Of a DNA stretch of 64,000 nucleotides, positions 9,312 through 18,715 are shown piece by piece. The stretch spans positions 4,534 to 68,533 of the forward strand of contig JAKLKB010000024.1 in the NCBI GenBank assembly GCA_023150835.1, in the 5' to 3' direction. Position 1 is the stretch's first letter. Every line of letters starts with the position of its first letter. The stretch is from Myxococcota bacterium. GTDB lineage: Bacteria > Myxococcota_C > UBA6777. Position numbers and translations under genes: made by a program. The notes beneath the pieces are model-generated. The model was not told the origin of the DNA. It did no database searches and worked only from the letters and a program-made list of their open reading frames with translations.

Positions 9312-9426
9312 ATCGCGCTTGCTTTTTTCTCCAATCGTTCCGCATCGACAGATATCGCCAAAACATCTTGATAGGGCCCGGGTATGGGGTTTTTGTCTAC
9401 TGATCCGCCCGTTGTGTGCGACCTAT

Positions 9427-9575
9427 GTAGGGGCAGCCCCCTGTGGCTGCCCAATAAAAGGGCGTCTGCGTAAAGATGTAGGGGCAGCCCTCTGTGGCTG
9501 CCCAATAAAAGGGCGTCTGTGTAAAGATGTAGGGGCAGCCCCCTGTGGCTGCCCAATAAAAGGGCGTCTACAGCA
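9427..9575. repeat. REP-like family A, three tandem ~57-bp units each containing the hairpin GGGGCAGCCCCCTGTGGCTGCCC
   Basis: Direct reading; the same unit occurs inverted at 19628-19770. Confidence 0.85.
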
Positions 9576-9617
9576 GATCGCACCTACCCTTCCCTATCAA
9601 AAGAAGGAGGCGTTTCG

Positions 9618-10316
9618 ATGCGTTTGTTTGTATTCGTGAGTTTGTTTGGCCTTTTGCTTGCCAAGGTGGAGATGTGTTCGACCCATCCATCGCTACCCGC
9701 TGAAGTGCGTGCGGAAACACCCGCCCAAGAAGACAAGTATGCGATCCCACCGCTGCCGCGTGTTCCAAACGGCGCAGAAGTGGCGATCTTTGCGGGCGGA
9801 TGCTTTTGGTGCGTCCAACCTCCTTTTGACAAACAAAAAGGCGTGCTTGCCACAAGCGTCGGATTCACGGGCGGCAGCGAAAAGAACCCCACCTACAAAG
9901 ACGTTGCCTACGGGCGAACCAGCCACACCGAAGCCTTGTTTGTGGTGTACGATCCAAAGCAGGTCACTTACGAAAAACTCTTGGATATCTTTTGGCGACA
10001 GATCCAACCCAACCAAAAAAACGGCCAATTTGCCGATATCGGGACGCAATATCGAACGGGGATTTTTTATACAAACGCGGCCCAACGCCGCGCCGCTGAA
10101 GCCTCGAAAAAAGCCATCGCTGCGAGCGGTTGCTTTCTTGCCGATATCGCCGTCGAGATCTCCAAGGCCACCCCGTTTTATCCCGCAGAAAATTACCATC
10201 AAAAGTATTATCAAAAAAATCCTTCACATTATCTGCGCTACAAGATCGGCTCGGGGCGAGCAGGTTATCTCGCCGCTCGCTGGACAGAAAAAGGCTGTCG
10301 CCCCCTCCCCAAATAA
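9618..10316 (+). CDS. msrA: Peptide methionine sulfoxide reductase MsrA (exported)
   Basis: GCFWC active site; N-terminal signal peptide. Confidence 0.8.
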   Translation: MRLFVFVSLFGLLLAKVEMCSTHPSLPAEVRAETPAQEDKYAIPPLPRVPNGAEVAIFAGGCFWCVQPPFDKQKGVLATSVGFTGGSEKNPTYKDVAYGRTSHTEALFVVYDPKQVTYEKLLDIFWRQIQPNQKNGQFADIGTQYRTGIFYTNAAQRRAAEASKKAIAASGCFLADIAVEISKATPFYPAENYHQKYYQKNPSHYLRYKIGSGRAGYLAARWTEKGCRPLPK

Positions 10317-10486
10317 GCACAGCGTCGGCGCTCGTTTCGACAGATGGGGCGTTTCTTTGGGGTGATACGATATCCTGATGTTGCGAGATCGAGTTCGGGG
10401 ATGCTCGCGAATCGATCAAGTCCAATCATCGGGGGTTTATACCGATCCGCTTGATCATGTATTGAGCGGATTTCGTAGGATGTCGT

Positions 10487-12763
10487 TCAGCGCTTGGCAG
10501 GTTGTGGCAAAGCCCGATGTTCCGAATGGGTGGCTGGGTCTGCGGCTTTGGCTACCACAAGCCGCTTGAGAGCCAACGCCGCGCTAACGCGTACTTCGTT
10601 ATCTGTGTCCTCAAGAACCTCCTTCAACGCGGAAAGCACTTCTTTGGAACCCACCCCCACCTCGCCCAAGGCTTTTGCTGCGTTCTTGCGAACCAAACCA
10701 TCTACGTCGCTGAGGGCGAAGATCAGCGCAGGGATCGCCGCACGAGCTTCTCCCTTCATCTTGCCCAGCGCCACGGCTGTATCGTGGCGCAGTTTGTTCT
10801 CCGCGTCCTTGAGGAACCGAACCAAGGTCGGGATCGCTACACGAGCTTCCACACCTATCCCACCCAATGCCTGCACAGCATTTCTGCGAACCTCCCCGCC
10901 CTTGCGTCGAAGAGTTGAAAGAAGCAACGGCACCGCCGCCACCCCCATCTTCCCCAAGGCCCACACGATATCTCGGTGAACCCAACTTTCCCCGTCCTCA
11001 AGCCCCCGAATCAAGGCTGGAATCGCTTCTTTGGCTCCCACTCCCATCTTCCCCAAGGCCAAGGCCGCTCCCTTACGAGCGAAACTCTTTTTGTATTTGA
11101 GCGTCCGAATCAAGGCTGGGAGCGCGGCTTTTGCTTTTCCTCCCATCTTACCCAAAGCTAGGGCCGCATGATAGGAGACGACGCCATCTTTATCCTTGAG
11201 AGTTCGAATCAAGGCAGGGATCGCAGAAGTGGCCTCAACGCTCATTTCCCCCAAGGCTTCGGCCACATCCTTACGAACCCCGCTATCCTTGTCTTTGAGT
11301 AACCGAATCAATGTAGGGATCGCGGCTTTGGCTTCCGCCCCCATCTTCCCCAAAGCCCTTGCCGCGCTCCTGCGAACCCAGTAATCCCCATCACCGAGCG
11401 CCCGAATCAAGGCCGAGAGCGCAGCACGAGCCTCCGCTCCCATCCCAACTAACGCCTTCGCTGCATTCCAACGAACATCGCTATCCGTGTCTTGTAGGGC
11501 TGCGATCAACGTCGGAACCGCCAACCCGCCGATCATTCCTAACGCCGATGCCGCGTACAAGCGAACGAAGCGATCTCTGTCCTTGATCGCCTGAGCCAGA
11601 GCAGGGATCGCCACATGGGCCTCCCTTCCGATCCTTCCCAACGCCTGTGATGCACTCAAACGAACGTTGTTATCCTTGTCTTGGAGAGCCTGAATCAGCG
11701 CAGGGAGCGCCGATCGAGCCTTCCTTCTCATACCCCCCAACGCAAAGATCGCAGCGTCACGAACATCGCTCTCCGTCTCGTTCAGCAGTCGCAACAGCAA
11801 CGGCATCGCTGCATCGGCCTCTGCCTCCACCCCGATTTGCCCCAACGCAAAGGCTGCTTTTTTTTGGACATCCTTCTCTTTGTCTTGGAGAGCACGGAGC
11901 AGGGCTGGAATGGCTGCCTTCGCTCTTGCTTTCATCTCGCCTAGAGCCTCCGCTGCACCAACACGAACCTTTTTGTCCTTGTGTTGGAGGGCCTTGATCA
12001 GCGGCGCAACCGCTTCCTCGCCCATCAAACCCAAGGCCCAAACACCTCCCCTGTGATCGTCGCTGTTTGGGCTTTGAAGGAGTTCGATCAACAGCGGTAT
12101 CATCCACTCGCCCATCTTCCGCAAGGCCAAGGCTCCACGAACGCGGATCTCGCGATGCTTTCCTCTAATTTGATCAAGGAGGACAGGCAGCGCACCTTTG
12201 GCCGCCACACCCATCTTCGCTAACGCCTCCGCTGCCTCCAAGCCCACGTCGCGTTCTGGATCATCAAGAGCCGTGATCAGGGATGGGATCGCCTTCGTTC
12301 CTATTCGGCCCAAAGCATAGACCGCGCCCTTACGGACCAGACGTTCATGGTTCTTGAGTGATTCGACCAAGACAGGGAGTGCCGCATCTGCCGACTCTCC
12401 CATCAAACCCAAGGCCCACACAACACGAGCGCGAACCTCCCCGTCTTTGTCCTTGACTGCTTGAACGAGCGCTGGGAACGCTGCACGAGCCTTCGGCCCG
12501 ATCTTTCCCAACGCCCATGCTGCATACGAACGCACAGAGCGATCCCTGTCCTTGAGCGCCCGAATCAGCGCTGGGATCGCCGCTTTCGCCTCTTTTCCCA
12601 TCCTCCCCAAGGCCCACGCTGCGTTTACGCGGGCTGAACTCTTCTTGCTCTGAAGTTGTTTTTGTAGGCCGATAATTCGGTCGGTATTGCCCGCGTGAAC
12701 TTTGGGGGAGAGGATAGTCAAGAGCCAGACAGCCACAAAAATTCGCCATCCTTGCTCCTGCAT
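10487..12763 (-). CDS. Secreted HEAT-repeat (PBS-lyase type) protein, ~20 repeats
   Basis: Repeating VRxxAAxALGxIG units; signal peptide begins at the internal Met (MQEQGWRIFVAVWLLTIL); the ORF is open to 12880. Confidence 0.6.
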   Translation of the reverse strand: MQEQGWRIFVAVWLLTILSPKVHAGNTDRIIGLQKQLQSKKSSARVNAAWALGRMGKEAKAAIPALIRALKDRDRSVRSYAAWALGKIGPKARAAFPALVQAVKDKDGEVRARVVWALGLMGESADAALPVLVESLKNHERLVRKGAVYALGRIGTKAIPSLITALDDPERDVGLEAAEALAKMGVAAKGALPVLLDQIRGKHREIRVRGALALRKMGEWMIPLLIELLQSPNSDDHRGGVWALGLMGEEAVAPLIKALQHKDKKVRVGAAEALGEMKARAKAAIPALLRALQDKEKDVQKKAAFALGQIGVEAEADAAMPLLLRLLNETESDVRDAAIFALGGMRRKARSALPALIQALQDKDNNVRLSASQALGRIGREAHVAIPALAQAIKDRDRFVRLYAASALGMIGGLAVPTLIAALQDTDSDVRWNAAKALVGMGAEARAALSALIRALGDGDYWVRRSAARALGKMGAEAKAAIPTLIRLLKDKDSGVRKDVAEALGEMSVEATSAIPALIRTLKDKDGVVSYHAALALGKMGGKAKAALPALIRTLKYKKSFARKGAALALGKMGVGAKEAIPALIRGLEDGESWVHRDIVWALGKMGVAAVPLLLSTLRRKGGEVRRNAVQALGGIGVEARVAIPTLVRFLKDAENKLRHDTAVALGKMKGEARAAIPALIFALSDVDGLVRKNAAKALGEVGVGSKEVLSALKEVLEDTDNEVRVSAALALKRLVVAKAADPATHSEHRALPQPAKR

Positions 12764-12861
12764 CCTCTTCCATCGTCTCGTAAAAATCCGATGCGTCGTG
12801 CTTTCCATCGAATGTTTCTCCTTTGGTAGGCGAACCCTGATTAGAAACCTCACGGCTTGGC

Positions 12862-14550
12862 CTAAATCGGTGTGATCCAAAGGGCAGAAGTGGGATGGTG
12901 GCCTTCAACGATATCGCGGGTGAGCGTCAGGGTGCGGATGCCTTCTCGCGAAGGGATCTCATAGAGGATATCGAGCATGAGCTCTTCGAGGATCATGCGC
13001 AATCCGCGTGCGCCGACTTTTTGGCGCAAGGCTTTTTCCGCGATGGCATCAAGGGCTGCCGGTTCAAAGACAAGCTGGACGCCTTCAAAGGACAACATCT
13101 GCTTGTATTGGGCGACGAGGCTGTTTTTGGGTTCCGTCAAGATCCGCACCAGCGCCGCATGATCGAGCGGATCGAGTGTTGCGCATACAGGCAACCGCCC
13201 GATCAACTCGGGCAACATCCCGTAGCGAACGAGGTCTTCGGGCAAGACTTGTCGGAGTAGATCGTCGGTGGATACGACCGATGCAAGCAGATCGCCGATC
13301 GCTTGTTCTTGCCCTGCAAGGCGGCGAGCGATGATCTCTTCAATGCCTACGAAGGCTCCACCACAGATGAAAAGGATGTTGGATGTATCGATCTGTACGC
13401 CCTCATCGCCTGATTGGCTGCGCCCCCGTGTACCCGGCAGGATGGCGCTTGTACCTTCGAGCAGTTTGAGCAGAGATTGTTGGACGCCTTCACCGGAGAT
13501 ATCCCGTGTGGCCGAAGCGGAGGGCTTTCGAGCGATCTTGTCGATCTCGTCGATGTAGAGGATCCCCCGTTCGGTTCTTTGCTTGTCGCCTTCTGCCGCT
13601 TGGTAAAGCCGCGTCAACATCTGTTCGACATCTTGGCCGACGTAGCCCGCTTCGGTCAGCGATGTCGCGTCGGCCATCGCAAACGGAACATGCAGACTGC
13701 GCGCAAGAGATTGTGCCAACAGCGTCTTTCCTGTGCCGCTTGGCCCGATCAACAGCACATTCGATTTGTGCAGTTCAACCCCGTAAGCAGGGCGCTTTTG
13801 CATGTATTCCACACGGTGATAATGGCTGTACACGGCCACCGCAAGTTTCTTTTTGGCCTGTTCTTGGGCGATTACATACCGATCCAGAAACTCCTTGATG
13901 GCGCGTGGGGTCGGAGCGTAGCCACAAGGGCGCTTTGGCAACGGAGGCGCGGAACGCACAGACGAAGAAGGCTCCTCGTGTATCGGTTGCGAAAGCGGCG
14001 TAGGCTCCTCGTGTATCGGTTGCGAAAGCGGCGTAGGCTCCTCGTGTATCGGTTGCGAAAGCGGCGTAGGCTCCGCGTGCATCGGTTGCGAAAGCGGCGT
14101 AGGCTCCGCGTGTATCGGTTGCGAAGGCGGCGTAGGCTCCGCGTGTATCGGTTGCGAAGGCGGCGTAGGCTCCGCGTGTATCGGTTGCGAAGGGGAGGGA
14201 TGGAGGGGGGGGCCATCGTCGGGGGTCAAAGAGCGAAGGGTGAGCGGGTGGTTGTCCGCATCTTGCGCGATGAAGGGTTGGATCGATCGGGCTTCGGAAG
14301 ATGCAGGAAAATGCACGCGTCGATGAGGGGCGATATCCTTCAATGTTCGGAGCCTTTCGTTTGGGTGGGGTGGTGGGCGATTTGATCCGTTGCCGATCCC
14401 GAATGTACGACAGTAGGTGGTTTGAGCCGAGTGTACGACAGTGGGCGATTTGAGCCGTTGTCGAACCCGATCGTACGATAGTGGGTGGTTTGGGCCGTTG
14501 TCGAACCCGATCGTACGATAGTGGGTGGTTTGGGCCGTTGTCGAACCCAA
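12862..14550 (-). CDS. ClpX-like AAA+ unfoldase paralog lacking the N-terminal zinc-binding domain; its N-terminus is encoded by tandem DNA repeats (true start uncertain)
   Basis: IKEFLDRYVIAQEQAKK, Walker [27 protein letters not shown] and the sensor-2 region align with the ClpX at 42313; the CxxC zinc-binding domain is absent; 8x EPTPLSQPIHE (33-bp units) precede the ATPase domain. Confidence 0.6.
   Translation of the reverse strand: MGSTTAQTTHYRTIGFDNGPNHPLSYDRVRQRLKSPTVVHSAQTTYCRTFGIGNGSNRPPPHPNERLRTLKDIAPHRRVHFPASSEARSIQPFIAQDADNHPLTLRSLTPDDGPPLHPSPSQPIHAEPTPPSQPIHAEPTPPSQPIHAEPTPLSQPMHAEPTPLSQPIHEEPTPLSQPIHEEPTPLSQPIHEEPSSSVRSAPPLPKRPCGYAPTPRAIKEFLDRYVIAQEQAKKKLAVAVYSHYHRVEYMQKRPAYGVELHKSNVLLIGPSGTGKTLLAQSLARSLHVPFAMADATSLTEAGYVGQDVEQMLTRLYQAAEGDKQRTERGILYIDEIDKIARKPSASATRDISGEGVQQSLLKLLEGTSAILPGTRGRSQSGDEGVQIDTSNILFICGGAFVGIEEIIARRLAGQEQAIGDLLASVVSTDDLLRQVLPEDLVRYGMLPELIGRLPVCATLDPLDHAALVRILTEPKNSLVAQYKQMLSFEGVQLVFEPAALDAIAEKALRQKVGARGLRMILEELMLDILYEIPSREGIRTLTLTRDIVEGHHPTSALWITPI
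14395..14545. repeat. ~45-bp tandem repeat (ccgttgtcgaacccgatcgtacgatagtgggtggtttggg) x3 at the 5' end of the ClpX-like ORF
   Basis: Direct reading. Confidence 0.7.
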
Positions 14551-14552
14551 GG

Positions 14553-16031
14553 CTACAACATCAGCGGCGACAAGACAGGGACGGTGTGGGGTTGTTCGGG
14601 GGGGCCGCCTGTGACGTAGAGCAAGAATTCCCCTTCGGTGGAGATGTGGTGTTTTTGGGCGAGGGTGGCGGTCAGTTGATAAGGGTCGTCAAATTGTTCG
14701 GGTGAGACCTGTGTGGTTTGGACGCCCCAACACAACGCAAGACGGCGACAGATCGCGGGATCGGTTGCGGCGGCAAGGATGGGAGCGGCGGGGCGTTCAC
14801 AAGAGATCATCACAGCGGTTTGTCCTGTGTGGGCGGGGACGATGATCGCACGAACGGAAAGCTCGCGAGAGAGTTGTGCGGTTCCACGGGCGATGGCTTC
14901 GCTGATCTGGAGGTCGCGGGTTTTTTGGCTGGTGGCGGGGGTGGGGTGCTTGACAAGGTCGCCGAACTGGCTTTGTTGCCATTGATGCCCTTCGACCATA
15001 CGCAGCACACGGCCCATCGTCTGGACGGTTTCGATGGGGTAGAGTCCCGAGGCGGTTTCTGCGGACAACATCACCGCGTCGGAACCCGCCATCGCAGCGG
15101 CTGCAACGTCCGTCACTTCAGCACGAGTCGGGCGAGGGCTTTGGATCATCGACTCCATCATCTGTGTTGCGACGATGACTTGGCGGTTGGCTTCGATGGC
15201 TAGGCGGATCATGCCTTCTTGGAGTAGGGGGACTTCTTCGGCGGGCATCTCTACGCCCAGATCGCCGCGTGCGATCATGATGCCTTGCGAAACTTCGAGG
15301 ATCGGACCGAGGTTTTTGACCGCCTCAGGCTTTTCGATCTTGGCGATAATCGGGATATCCACCCCTTCTTCTTTTAATAGAGCTTGCAGATCAAAGATAT
15401 CTTCAGGGCGGCGAACAAATGACAACGCAAAGTAATCCACCCCCAGCCGAGCCGCAAAACGAGCATCTTCTCGATCTTTTTCTGTGAGCGCTGGCGTAGA
15501 AAGCGAAACTCCCGGAAGATTCAACCCTTTGCGATTGGTCAACCTCCCTCCCACCCGCACCACGCAATGGATCTCGGTCCCTTCGACCTCGCGGACTTCC
15601 AGCATCATCTTTCCGTCGTCCAACAGCATCTTGTCGCCCCGCCCAACATCTCCCGCAAGTGCCGCATACTCCGAAGGAATCAGCCCTCTTTCACCTTCAA
15701 CGGGCCGCACCGTCACAGTCACCGCTTCGCCTTTTATCAGATCGATCCCCCCCTCTACAAAATGCCCAACGCGGATCTTGGGACCGCACAGATCCGCCAA
15801 GATCGCAACATGGCAGCCTTTTTGCGCGCTGATCTCTCGGATCCGATGCAACACTTCGGCGTGCTGTTCGTGCGTTCCATGCGAAAAGTTCAGGCGAAAC
15901 ACATCCACCCCCGCCTCCACAAGCTCCGCAAGGACCGCTGCTTCGCGGGATGACGGACCGACCGTTGCGATGATCTTGGTGCGGCGATGGATCAACGCTG
16001 TGCGCGATAAATCGAGTGCAAGAGGTCTCAT
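14553..16031 (-). CDS. pyk: Pyruvate kinase
   Basis: RRTKIIATVGPSS, FRLNFSHG and MVARGDLGVE motifs; true start at MRPLALDL (16031); the ORF extension to 16457 merely translates REP copies. Confidence 0.85.
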   Translation of the reverse strand: MRPLALDLSRTALIHRRTKIIATVGPSSREAAVLAELVEAGVDVFRLNFSHGTHEQHAEVLHRIREISAQKGCHVAILADLCGPKIRVGHFVEGGIDLIKGEAVTVTVRPVEGERGLIPSEYAALAGDVGRGDKMLLDDGKMMLEVREVEGTEIHCVVRVGGRLTNRKGLNLPGVSLSTPALTEKDREDARFAARLGVDYFALSFVRRPEDIFDLQALLKEEGVDIPIIAKIEKPEAVKNLGPILEVSQGIMIARGDLGVEMPAEEVPLLQEGMIRLAIEANRQVIVATQMMESMIQSPRPTRAEVTDVAAAAMAGSDAVMLSAETASGLYPIETVQTMGRVLRMVEGHQWQQSQFGDLVKHPTPATSQKTRDLQISEAIARGTAQLSRELSVRAIIVPAHTGQTAVMISCERPAAPILAAATDPAICRRLALCWGVQTTQVSPEQFDDPYQLTATLAQKHHISTEGEFLLYVTGGPPEQPHTVPVLSPLML

Positions 16032-16080
16032 CCGAATGACTCCTTTGGTTGAAGAGGCCAACCGTTGATAAGGCGCGTAT

Positions 16081-16510
16081 GGGGGCCTGCCCCTACGAAA
16101 CACCGTGTGATTTCCAATACGTAGGGGCAACCATGTGTGGTTGCCCTGTTGCTGGGGTTCGTTCAAAACGTGTGATTCCCAACACGTAGGGGCAACCCCC
16201 TGTGGTTGCCCTGTTGTTGGGGTTCGTTCAAAACAGACGGCGATGAAGAGGTCACCGACGCAACAGATCGAGGGCAGGCACACCTGTCTGCCCCTACGAA
16301 GCACCGTGCGATTTCCAATACGTAGGGGCAACCATGTGTGGCTGCCCTGTTGTTGGGGTTCGTTCAAAACAGACGGCGATGAAGAGGTCACCGACGCAAC
16401 AGATCGAGGGCAGGCACACCTGTCTGCCCCTACGAAACACCGTGCGATTTCCAACACGTAGGGGCAACCAGGTGTGGCTGCCCTGTTGTTGGGGTTCGTT
16501 CAAAACAGAT
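16081..16510. repeat. REP-like family A variant array (~3 units of ~130 bp, each with two hairpins: GGGGCAACCnnnnnGGTTGCCC and GGGCAGGCACACCTGTCTGCCC)
   Basis: Direct reading. Confidence 0.8.
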
Positions 16511-16539
16511 TCCTCGACCCTCCGGTGTTTCCGCCTTAA

Positions 16540-16685
16540 CAAGGCGCGTATGGGGTCTCACCCCACGCCCCACCATAGAGCTTTGCCCCCTTGACCCCGT
16601 ATCGGCGAAGCGAGCATCGTTCTTCACACAAACGACTCGGTCGCTTGAAACAGCGCGAACACGGGGGTTTTACCCCACCGCGTGA
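16540..16685. repeat. Family B ~130-bp element, minus orientation
   Basis: Consensus match. Confidence 0.6.
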
Positions 16686-16723
16686 CACTTATCCAACACA
16701 GGAAATGAGGACGGGAATCTGAT

Positions 16724-17170
16724 ATGGCGATCTACTTTTACGCAACACGCGGAAAATACGGCTGTTTCTCCAACTTTTCGCGTCACCCGATCCAGATCGA
16801 CGGAAAGGTCTGGCCCACAACCGAACACTACTTCCAATCACAGAAGTTCGCTGGAACCGCGTATGTCGAGCGCATCCGCCAAGCCAAGACGCCCACCGAA
16901 GCCAAAAAACTCGCGTGGAAAAGTACAGCTCCTTTCCGCGCAGATTGGGATGCGATCCGTGACGAAGTGATGCGGCGTGCCGTGTTTTGCAAGTTTTCCT
17001 CCCACCCCGATCTGCGCGAGATCTTGTTGTCCACAGGTGACGAAGTGCTGATCGAAAATGCGCCCGAGGATGCTTATTGGGGCTGTGGAGCCGATGGCAA
17101 CGGTGAAAACCGACTCGGCAAGATCTTGATGGAAGTTCGTGAAGCACTACGCGCCGAAACCATCGACTGA
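16724..17170 (+). CDS. NADAR (YbiA/DUF1768) domain protein
   Basis: FYGFSNFS-type N-terminus (RGKYGCFSNFS), TEHYFQSQKF, and EDAYWGCGADGNGENRLGKILMEVR C-terminus. Confidence 0.7.
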   Translation: MAIYFYATRGKYGCFSNFSRHPIQIDGKVWPTTEHYFQSQKFAGTAYVERIRQAKTPTEAKKLAWKSTAPFRADWDAIRDEVMRRAVFCKFSSHPDLREILLSTGDEVLIENAPEDAYWGCGADGNGENRLGKILMEVREALRAETID

Positions 17171-17300
17171 TACGAAATCCGCAGGGCGCGTGACCGCAAA
17201 ACGTAGGGGCAGAACCCCGTATCTAACACTCAGTTAGAACCCCGTACTTGCCCAACGATAGGGCGTCTTCATCGTTTCGAGCAGGGTTTTTGCGCCAAGT

Positions 17301-18158
17301 CTAGGGGGCGGAGAAGCGGACTTTTGCGCCCCAAGACCAATCGTTGTGGTAGCCTGCGATCGGGCGGAAGGTCGCACGGGGAAGATGTTTGGCGAGGTTT
17401 TGGGCATGCTCGAAAGGGATCACTTCGTCTCGTTGCGCGGCAAATATCTCGATCGGACCGCGATAATCTCGAAGTGATGCGATATTGTCCCAATCATCGC
17501 GCAACAACCAGCGCACAGGCAAAAACGGCAAGCGTCGTGCGGCCACGTCTGCAAGCCGATCATACGGCACCACCAGCGTGATCTTGTCCGGCGGAGGCGA
17601 TTGCGCCGCAAGGAAGGAGGCTGCGCCGCTACCGATCGATTCGCCCACCACACAGATCGGGTGTTTGGGATAAGTGCTGCGCAACAGCTTGTAAGCTTCG
17701 ATCGCGGCTTGATCAAAGGCGGTGCGTGAGGGACTTCCTTTGCGTTGACCATAGCCGGGATATTCGAGCAAGTAGACCGTGTCTTCCGCAGGAAACGAGG
17801 GCATCGCATACACCCGATCTGCTGCTTGGCCTGCATTGCCGTGCATCATCAACCAGATCGCTTTTGGGGCGGGGCGTTGACGCACAAACCCGATCACCTC
17901 TTCGCCGTTCTTCCAAGGCATCAGCGCGTGGGTTTGGGTGTGGTGCGATGGGAAAAACAACAGCTTTCGTTGAATTGCGGTGATCATCAGCAACAAAGCT
18001 CCATACACACCGACCGTCACAATGAGACTGCGAACAAGCCAATGTTTGGTTTGAGGGGACTGCACAGACGACTCTTGCATGGGTGTTCCCTTGGGTTGGG
18101 AGCGTTGGTGGAACAAGTGCGATGGTTCTTTGATGGGGCGCGACGCCATACTCCGCAA
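17301..18158 (-). CDS. Membrane-anchored alpha/beta-hydrolase
   Basis: HGNAG oxyanion region, GESIG nucleophile elbow, N-terminal TM helix. Confidence 0.6.
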   Translation of the reverse strand: MRSMASRPIKEPSHLFHQRSQPKGTPMQESSVQSPQTKHWLVRSLIVTVGVYGALLLMITAIQRKLLFFPSHHTQTHALMPWKNGEEVIGFVRQRPAPKAIWLMMHGNAGQAADRVYAMPSFPAEDTVYLLEYPGYGQRKGSPSRTAFDQAAIEAYKLLRSTYPKHPICVVGESIGSGAASFLAAQSPPPDKITLVVPYDRLADVAARRLPFLPVRWLLRDDWDNIASLRDYRGPIEIFAAQRDEVIPFEHAQNLAKHLPRATFRPIAGYHNDWSWGAKVRFSAP

Positions 18159-18302
18159 GGTCTTCTTTTGTGGGAAGTGCTCTTTTACAGAGAGCTACGC
18201 CCTTAATCCCCCCTCGCCTCCGCAGCGCAGCGTCGCGGGGAGAGGGGCAGGGGGTGAGGGGTAAGAAGAGCGCGAATCCTCTTTTGATCAGGCTGCTTCT
18301 TG

Positions 18303-18520
18303 GCAAAGTAGGATGCGAGCATCCTCTCAGGTACGTTCCTTCGTGCAAAGTAGGATGCGGGCGTCCTCTCAAGCACGTTCCTTCGTGCAAAGAAGGATGC
18401 GGGCATCCTCTCAGGTACGTTCCTTCGTGCAAAGTAGGACGTGGGCATCCTCTCAGGTACGTTCCTTCGTGCAAAGTAGGACGTGGGCATCCTCCCGAGT
18501 ACATTCCTTGCCTACAAGCC
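18303..18520. repeat. 42-bp tandem repeat x5, each unit containing the hairpin GGATGC-GA-GCATCC
   Basis: Direct reading; unit variants retain or wobble-pair the stem. Confidence 0.8.
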
Positions 18521-18544
18521 AAACAGCACGGACTTGTAGGCAAA

Positions 18545-18680
18545 AACCCCGTGTTCGTGCTGCTTCAAGCGAGAGAGTCGTTGGTTTGAAACCCCTGTGC
18601 TCTGTTCGCCAACAAGGGGTCAAGGGGCGATAGTCCCTTGCGGGGTGTGGGGCAGCGCCCCATCAACACTATCCAACCAC
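18545..18680. repeat. Family B ~130-bp element, plus orientation
   Basis: Consensus match. Confidence 0.6.
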
Positions 18681-18715
18681 GTAAGTCCGATACACACAAA
18701 GAAAAAAACAGTGCG

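Noticed and set aside
16135-16594. ORFs 16135-16461(+), 16294-16542(-) and 16334-16594(+)
   Set aside because: They only translate repeated REP units (the same peptide recurs in both strands and frames).
18303-18520. Possible CRISPR array (regular 42-bp periodicity with a palindromic core)
   Set aside because: The whole unit is repeated with no unique spacers between copies and no cas genes are nearby, so it is a tandem repeat and not a CRISPR array. The same holds for the REP arrays at 9427, 16081, 19628 and 55720.
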